From Breznakia blatticola (lineage in GTDB: Bacteria; Bacillota_I; Bacilli_A; Erysipelotrichales; Erysipelotrichaceae), in assembly GCF_004365815.1 (NCBI RefSeq), contig NZ_SODD01000062.1:1-9799 (forward strand): a stretch of DNA of 9,799 nucleotides, in the 5' to 3' direction. The position numbers were made by a program, and so were the translations under genes. Position 1 is the first letter of the stretch. Every line of letters starts with the position of its first letter. The notes under the pieces are model-generated. The model ran no database searches. It had not been told where the DNA came from and saw nothing but the letters and a program-made list of their open reading frames with translations. Shown piece after piece: positions 5,811 to 9,799 of this stretch.

Positions 5811-7934
5811 TTAGTAATTCGATGCACGCCATTTCCAATAATTATTTCTAAAGTTATTAAATTGCTTTTCTAAATTAGGATCATTCCTAAAACTTCCACC
5901 ATTTTCAACCAAACCATGCAATGTAGCACTATTATCACTATGTACGACTTCAGATATCTCAACCATTGAACCTGGTTCTCTTTGCGTTAAATGGTGTAAT
6001 TCCACAGCCGACTCACTACCGGCTGAATCAACAATGTATGGAGCTCTACCACTTTCCATTAACTGTTTGTTATTCAGTCCTTTAGCTTTGGGATTTGTGG
6101 GTATGTAATTAGGATCTATGTCTGTTTGATAAACTCTCCTTGATACATTTACATCCACTCCAGTCACCTTTACATTCCCTGAAATTTCATATGCTTTATA
6201 CTTTTCAGGTAGCCATTCTAAATCAACTTGTTCGCCTGTAAGTTTGAGATTCTTATTCCTATCCCCTATCGAATCAAGGACTTCATCTGTTGCTAACGAA
6301 CCCTTAAATACATTATCTAGTGAATTAACTTCATCTAATCCTTTAATACCTACTTGCTTAAGGTCATCGATATTCTTAACTCCTAAGCTTAGTAAATCAT
6401 CTGTGTTTTTAATTCCTAGTTTTGTTAAGTCATCTATACTTGTGATTCCTAATTTTCCTAAATCACTTGAGTTTTTTACTCCATATTTTAATAAGTTATC
6501 TGCTTCTCTTCTTATTTCAAGAATCGCATTTCCATTTACTTTATTGTATGCACTTATTTCATCTAGTTTATTTAATGCTTTTTGATATCGTAAATAGTCA
6601 TCCATATCCATGTTTGGTGGCAACCCATCTGTTAACTTAGAATTTAGATATTTTTCATATCTTGCTGCTTCTGTTGCATCCATCATATCCATGAAGCTTT
6701 TCTTACTATCAAAGATATCATCAATACTTTTATAGCTTGCTAAATCACCCAAACCAATATGTTTTAAATCTTCTAAACTATTTACTCCGAATTTTGCCAA
6801 GTCATCTGCATTTTTAATTCCTAGTTTAGCTAGATCATCACTATTCTTTACTCCTAGCTTAGCAAGGTCATCCATACTTGTGATTCCATGTTTTGCTAGT
6901 TCATCTACATTATTAATCCCTTTACTTGCTAGAGTGTCTAAATCAAGTGTGATAGATGGTTTTGCTGTTACTTTACTAAATGCTGCTCCACCTGCTACAG
7001 TTGCTCCTGCCATAATTGCAAATGCCAATAGTGGATTACATCCATTTTCAATTAGGTGTTGACTACCTAGACCTATCACCATTGCTTGTCCTGTTTCTAT
7101 TCCTACTTTGATTGTGAAACTTCCTACTTTTGCTGCTGTTGTAGCTCCACTTAGTGAACCAAAAGTAGCTATATCAATTCCAATTGACAATAGTCCTCCA
7201 ACTCCCAACATGACTCTTTCATCATCGGATAGTTTTTCTCCTGTCATTGTTGTTCCAGAACATGCTTCTGCAATATTTTTTATACCACCTACGACAGGTA
7301 TACAATCTAAGACAAAGCTTAATCCAGATATAAAATCATCCGCTTCCATGTCATGTGCAAACTTTGATCCTAGTACTGCATTCATGTATTCATCTTCAGA
7401 TATTTTATCTGCTTCTATTATACCATCATCTATACCTTTTATGTATTGATTAAAGTCATCACCTAAGTCGATAATTGTTTTTCCTTTGACAATATCTTCA
7501 TAGGATACTTCTACTTTTCTTACTTTTTTTGTCGTATATCCTTGATATGTATTTGGATCTTGTATAACAACAATATCATCTTGATTGACACTTATATTTT
7601 CCGTTTTTAGTTTCATAATGTCAATCAATGAGATATCTTCTAGTTTTACTTTAATATCATCGCAAAAGTCATTATCTACATCTTCTAACAACGAATGAAT
7701 TCCCGTACGTGTACTACTGTAGTTTGTTTGTTTTTGGTATCGTTTTCTCAAGCTTTCTAGTGTACTTGTTTTATCACCTGCTTGAATAGAATATCCGGAT
7801 TCTTTAGCAATTGTTTTTGCTTTTTGAATATACTCATTTGCTTTTTGTAGATTGGACCAATTGATAGAAACTGTGTTTTCCTCATTTACTCTGTTTTCCC
7901 ACGCTTGCTTATTTGAAAATATTGAGCGATTCAT
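5811..7934 (-). CDS. Full-length polymorphic toxin (707 aa): non-LXG N-terminus, pre-toxin TG motif, hydrophobic Gly/Ala-rich segment, two blocks of five 11-residue repeats, LHH (HNH/EndoVII) nuclease C-terminus
   Basis: ATG start with SD GAGGTGA 7 nt upstream, and a TAATG overlap with the upstream gene. The PT-TG-like motif is 'VVGGIKNIAEACSGTTMTGEKLSDDERVMLG' (about aa 214-243). The C-terminal 163 aa (5814-6302) contain 'SAVELHHLTQREPGSMVEISEVVHSDNSATLHGL', the LHH-family signature. An SUKH immunity gene follows immediately. Confidence 0.88.
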   Translation of the reverse strand: MNRSIFSNKQAWENRVNEENTVSINWSNLQKANEYIQKAKTIAKESGYSIQAGDKTSTLESLRKRYQKQTNYSSTRTGIHSLLEDVDNDFCDDIKVKLEDISLIDIMKLKTENISVNQDDIVVIQDPNTYQGYTTKKVRKVEVSYEDIVKGKTIIDLGDDFNQYIKGIDDGIIEADKISEDEYMNAVLGSKFAHDMEADDFISGLSFVLDCIPVVGGIKNIAEACSGTTMTGEKLSDDERVMLGVGGLLSIGIDIATFGSLSGATTAAKVGSFTIKVGIETGQAMVIGLGSQHLIENGCNPLLAFAIMAGATVAGGAAFSKVTAKPSITLDLDTLASKGINNVDELAKHGITSMDDLAKLGVKNSDDLAKLGIKNADDLAKFGVNSLEDLKHIGLGDLASYKSIDDIFDSKKSFMDMMDATEAARYEKYLNSKLTDGLPPNMDMDDYLRYQKALNKLDEISAYNKVNGNAILEIRREADNLLKYGVKNSSDLGKLGITSIDDLTKLGIKNTDDLLSLGVKNIDDLKQVGIKGLDEVNSLDNVFKGSLATDEVLDSIGDRNKNLKLTGEQVDLEWLPEKYKAYEISGNVKVTGVDVNVSRRVYQTDIDPNYIPTNPKAKGLNNKQLMESGRAPYIVDSAGSESAVELHHLTQREPGSMVEISEVVHSDNSATLHGLVENGGSFRNDPNLEKQFNNFRNNYWKWRASNY
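6318..6482 (-). repeat. In-frame tandem 33-bp repeats, block 2, five units, in the full-length toxin
   Basis: The units are GVKNSSDLGKL, GITSIDDLTKL, GIKNTDDLLSL, GVKNIDDLKQV and GIKGLDEVNSL. They are followed directly by DNVFK and the variable tip. Confidence 0.85.
6756..6920 (-). repeat. In-frame tandem 33-bp (11-codon) repeats, block 1, five units, in the full-length toxin
   Basis: The units are GINNVDELAKH, GITSMDDLAKL, GVKNSDDLAKL, GIKNADDLAKF and GVNSLEDLKHI, followed by a degenerate sixth unit GLGDLASYKSI. The consensus is G-[IV]-x-[NS]-x-[DE]-[DE]-L-x-K-h. Confidence 0.85.
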
Positions 7935-8377
7935 TATGAATCACCTCTCTGTTCCTCTTGTGCTTTTATTGCATTTGCGATCATATCACTTGTAATTGGT
8001 TGACCATCACTTGTAGTTCCTAAATCACTTTCGGACATCATTCCCTCATTCAAAAATCGTTGTGTTATTTTTAGAGCAAGCATTTCATCAAACTGCATAA
8101 AACTACGAATCATCTCAAGTAACTCATTATATAAAAACGTACAATTCAATTCTAACAATTCTATTTGCTTTAATACTGGTTGACTATACTCACTAATTTG
8201 TTTTTTCGCTGCTCCATTATATCCACTCAAAAAATCATTTATGAATTTCTCATGGTCATTTCGATATTTTCTATATCGTTCAAGATAGCGAAACATTTTT
8301 ACTGTATAGTCAATTTTCTCCTCGCTAAACTCAATTCGTTTACTTGTCCCAATTGCATCACTCATTAATACATTCAT
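7934..8377 (-). CDS. Helical accessory protein (147 aa from the MNVLMSD start), WXG100-like candidate immediately upstream of the toxin
   Basis: The ORF track gives 7934..8434. The ATG at 8377 forms an ATGA overlap with the stop of the 209-aa gene and has SD AGGGGA 7-8 nt upstream, so I prefer the shorter form. 'FLSGYNGAAKKQI' resembles a W-x-G-x-A helical-hairpin turn with Y in place of W. The stop overlaps the toxin ATG (TAATG). Confidence 0.7.
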   Translation of the reverse strand: MNVLMSDAIGTSKRIEFSEEKIDYTVKMFRYLERYRKYRNDHEKFINDFLSGYNGAAKKQISEYSQPVLKQIELLELNCTFLYNELLEMIRSFMQFDEMLALKITQRFLNEGMMSESDLGTTSDGQPITSDMIANAIKAQEEQRGDS

Positions 8378-9003
8378 ACATATTCCCCTATTAATGTTTC
8401 GACTGCTTTTTGCACTCGTTTTCTTGGATAACAATCCATTTCTTCTGTATTTATTTTATATATATTGAAATACCCATCTTCAACAAACAACACACCATTT
8501 TCTTGTTGACGAGTTTCTCGATTTATCTTTTGATAAAAGATAGCTTTGGTATCTGTGTATTCTTCCATATGTTTTAGAAATTTATCTTTCTTAATAAACT
8601 TCTTTCTATACTTATCGTCTCCAATTGCATCAAGGTTCGGTATTCTTGTAAGAATCGAAGCACATAAAATATCTTTATTTAACGGTACAATTTGTGTCAA
8701 ACCATCCATTTCAACACAAGCAATATACCTTCCTGATTCAAGTTGTGAAACACGTATTCCACCAATATTGATAAAGTGTTTTGCTTCTTCATATTGCATC
8801 AATAAATAAATCTGTTTTTTTCCTAAGTCTGTAAGTTTTCTATCCGTAGTAACAATTTGTTTTTTTATTAGTTGCTCAATGATTTCCTCATGTTCTTTTT
8901 CTCCTAAAAGTTGAAATGAAGGATATCCAATGAGTTTTGTTTTATTTGCGATCAAAGCTAATACAAATAATTCATTTTGTGTATATTGCATATTACTTTC
9001 CAT
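8374..9003 (-). CDS. 209-aa accessory protein; candidate toxin adaptor/chaperone (occupies the EsaE position of S. aureus-type loci)
   Basis: ORF-track ORF. It overlaps the 100-aa gene by 11 nt, with an alternative ATG at 8991 just after that gene's stop. It has no signal peptide or TM segment. The function is inferred only from gene order: small, small, about 200 aa, small, toxin, immunity. I cannot verify family membership by eye. Confidence 0.6.
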   Translation of the reverse strand: MESNMQYTQNELFVLALIANKTKLIGYPSFQLLGEKEHEEIIEQLIKKQIVTTDRKLTDLGKKQIYLLMQYEEAKHFINIGGIRVSQLESGRYIACVEMDGLTQIVPLNKDILCASILTRIPNLDAIGDDKYRKKFIKKDKFLKHMEEYTDTKAIFYQKINRETRQQENGVLFVEDGYFNIYKINTEEMDCYPRKRVQKAVETLIGEYV

Positions 9004-9295
9004 CCAAATCTGTGTGAATCTTTTTCTTCAGTAAGTTCGATAATTCTGAATCATACGTTGTAAATGATGTAAAAAGTTTAGGGAATGCTACAATAAGTTG
9101 TTCTTCATATTTTATTAGAATGTTAAAAAGTTCAATAAAGCCCTCAACACATCCTGCCGTAAATTGTTCATCATTTGACATTTGCGTGCATAGTTCTATT
9201 AAATCATCGTGTTCTTCTTGAATATTTAATTTGAAGCTTTTTTCCAATTCACTAATTGCTTGCAGCTTCTTTTTATTTACTTTGATTTCACCCAT
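8993..9295 (-). CDS. Small helical toxin-partner protein, 100 aa (copy B)
   Basis: Same evidence as 125..427. It differs at 2 residues (PKLFTSF here versus PELFKSF). It sits inside the right-hand 746-bp repeat and is contiguous with the intact downstream operon. Confidence 0.75.
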   Translation of the reverse strand: MGEIKVNKKKLQAISELEKSFKLNIQEEHDDLIELCTQMSNDEQFTAGCVEGFIELFNILIKYEEQLIVAFPKLFTSFTTYDSELSNLLKKKIHTDLDGK

Positions 9296-9645
9296 TCTAA
9301 CTCCCTATATTTTGCATTCCATGCAGTTTCAAAACTACCTAACGTTCCCTCTAATTTTCTAATATTTGCTCGTAAGTCTTCAATCAATGTTTTTGTATCT
9401 CTTATTGTTTTTTCACGATACGGATAATATGCTGCATATAATGAGGATTCATGAGGTCCATAACTTTTTAAGCTACTAAAACCACTATTTTCAAATGTTC
9501 TTAATTTTGCCTTTGCATCATCTATATATTCTTGCACATCGCAATAATTACTATAAATTTCATTACATTGTTGTTTTATTGCTTTCTTTTGTCTTGTTTC
9601 TTCTTCATCTGTCCACCAGATGATTGTATCTCCAAATCTTTGCAT
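9277..9645 (-). CDS. Small helical toxin-partner protein, 122 aa (copy B)
   Basis: Same evidence as 409..777. It differs at 1 residue (LRANI here versus LRTNI). It is the first gene of the intact operon. Confidence 0.75.
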   Translation of the reverse strand: MQRFGDTIIWWTDEEETRQKKAIKQQCNEIYSNYCDVQEYIDDAKAKLRTFENSGFSSLKSYGPHESSLYAAYYPYREKTIRDTKTLIEDLRANIRKLEGTLGSFETAWNAKYRELEWVKSK

Positions 9646-9730
9646 GTTAGAACATCCCTTTAATAACTGCTAGTATGGCACGAACCAAAGACCCCAATAT
9701 TCCTTAATGTCATTAAGTTAAGAATCCATT

Positions 9731-9776
9731 AACCAAGCAAAATTCATCGATGAAGTGAATTTTGCTTGGTTTTTTT
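9731..9776. terminator. Strong hairpin with a flanking T-tract (terminator-like; orientation ambiguous)
   Basis: AACCAAGCAAAATTCA (9731-9746), a 9-nt loop, TGAATTTTGCTTGGTT (9756-9771), then T-tract continuing to 9776 on the plus strand. An A-tract lies on the other side, so it could act bidirectionally and insulate the operon from whatever lies to the right of the window. Confidence 0.5.
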
Positions 9777-9799
9777 GTTGTCTTCTAAAAGTTGTGTTC

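Larger units (their letters stand above)
6297..7836. repeat. 1.54-kb toxin constant-region repeat, full-length gene copy (partner 3445..4984)
   Basis: See the partner entry. This copy covers codons 34-544 of the 707-aa gene. Confidence 0.9.
8960..9705. repeat. 746-bp direct repeat, right copy (partner 92..837)
   Basis: See the left copy. It covers the 122-aa and 100-aa genes, 15 codons of the 209-aa gene and about 60 nt upstream of the 122-aa gene. Confidence 0.9.

Noticed and set aside
5811-7934. Calling the toxin an LXG-domain protein
   Set aside because: The first 200 or so residues do not show the LXG pattern as I know it. The architecture and gene neighbourhood look more like EsaD-type PT-TG toxins. 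I leave the N-terminal family open pending an HMM search.
8378-8434. The longer 166-aa form of the gene upstream of the toxin (MLSKKTSAKSSRNINRGIC...)
   Set aside because: The extension overlaps the 209-aa gene by 61 nt and has no SD. The internal ATG at 8377 gives an ATGA stop/start overlap with an AGGGGA SD, so I call the 147-aa form.
9675-9707. Tiny plus-strand ORF MARTKDPNIP (33 aa in the left copy, at 807-908) antisense to the small ORF region
   Set aside because: It has no SD, its length is not conserved between the two copies, and it is antisense to better-supported features.

Overview
AT-rich (about 30% GC by eye), Firmicutes-like window. Every gene I can support is on the minus strand. 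I read it as a Gram-positive polymorphic-toxin locus of the PT-TG / EsaD-like kind that is usually tied to type VIIb secretion. No T7SS core genes are in the window, so that link is an inference. Reading right to left, the order is as follows. (1) Four small, translationally coupled accessory genes of 122, 100, 209 and 147 aa. (2) A full-length 707-aa toxin with a 'pre-toxin TG' motif, two blocks of 11-residue repeats and an HNH/EndoVII 'LHH' nuclease C-terminus. (3) An SMI1/KNR4 (SUKH) immunity gene. (4) A 390-bp non-coding spacer. (5) A 5'-truncated orphan copy of the toxin whose constant region is about 97% identical in protein, carrying a different 'GH-E' HNH/EndoVII nuclease tip, followed by ankyrin-repeat and Imm33/DUF2185-like immunity genes. 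(6) A much shorter orphan that keeps only about 52 constant-region codons, fused to a 161-aa C-terminal domain I cannot assign, followed by an overlapping 114-aa candidate immunity gene. (7) A terminator. The array is bracketed by a 746-bp, ~99% identical direct repeat (92-837 and 8960-9705). This repeat duplicates the 122-aa and 100-aa genes plus the first 15 codons of the 209-aa gene. The left copy also carries an unannotated 29-aa ORF with a strong Shine-Dalgarno. I saw no rRNA, tRNA, CRISPR array, transposase or integrase. All family assignments come from motifs read by eye, not from HMM or BLAST searches.
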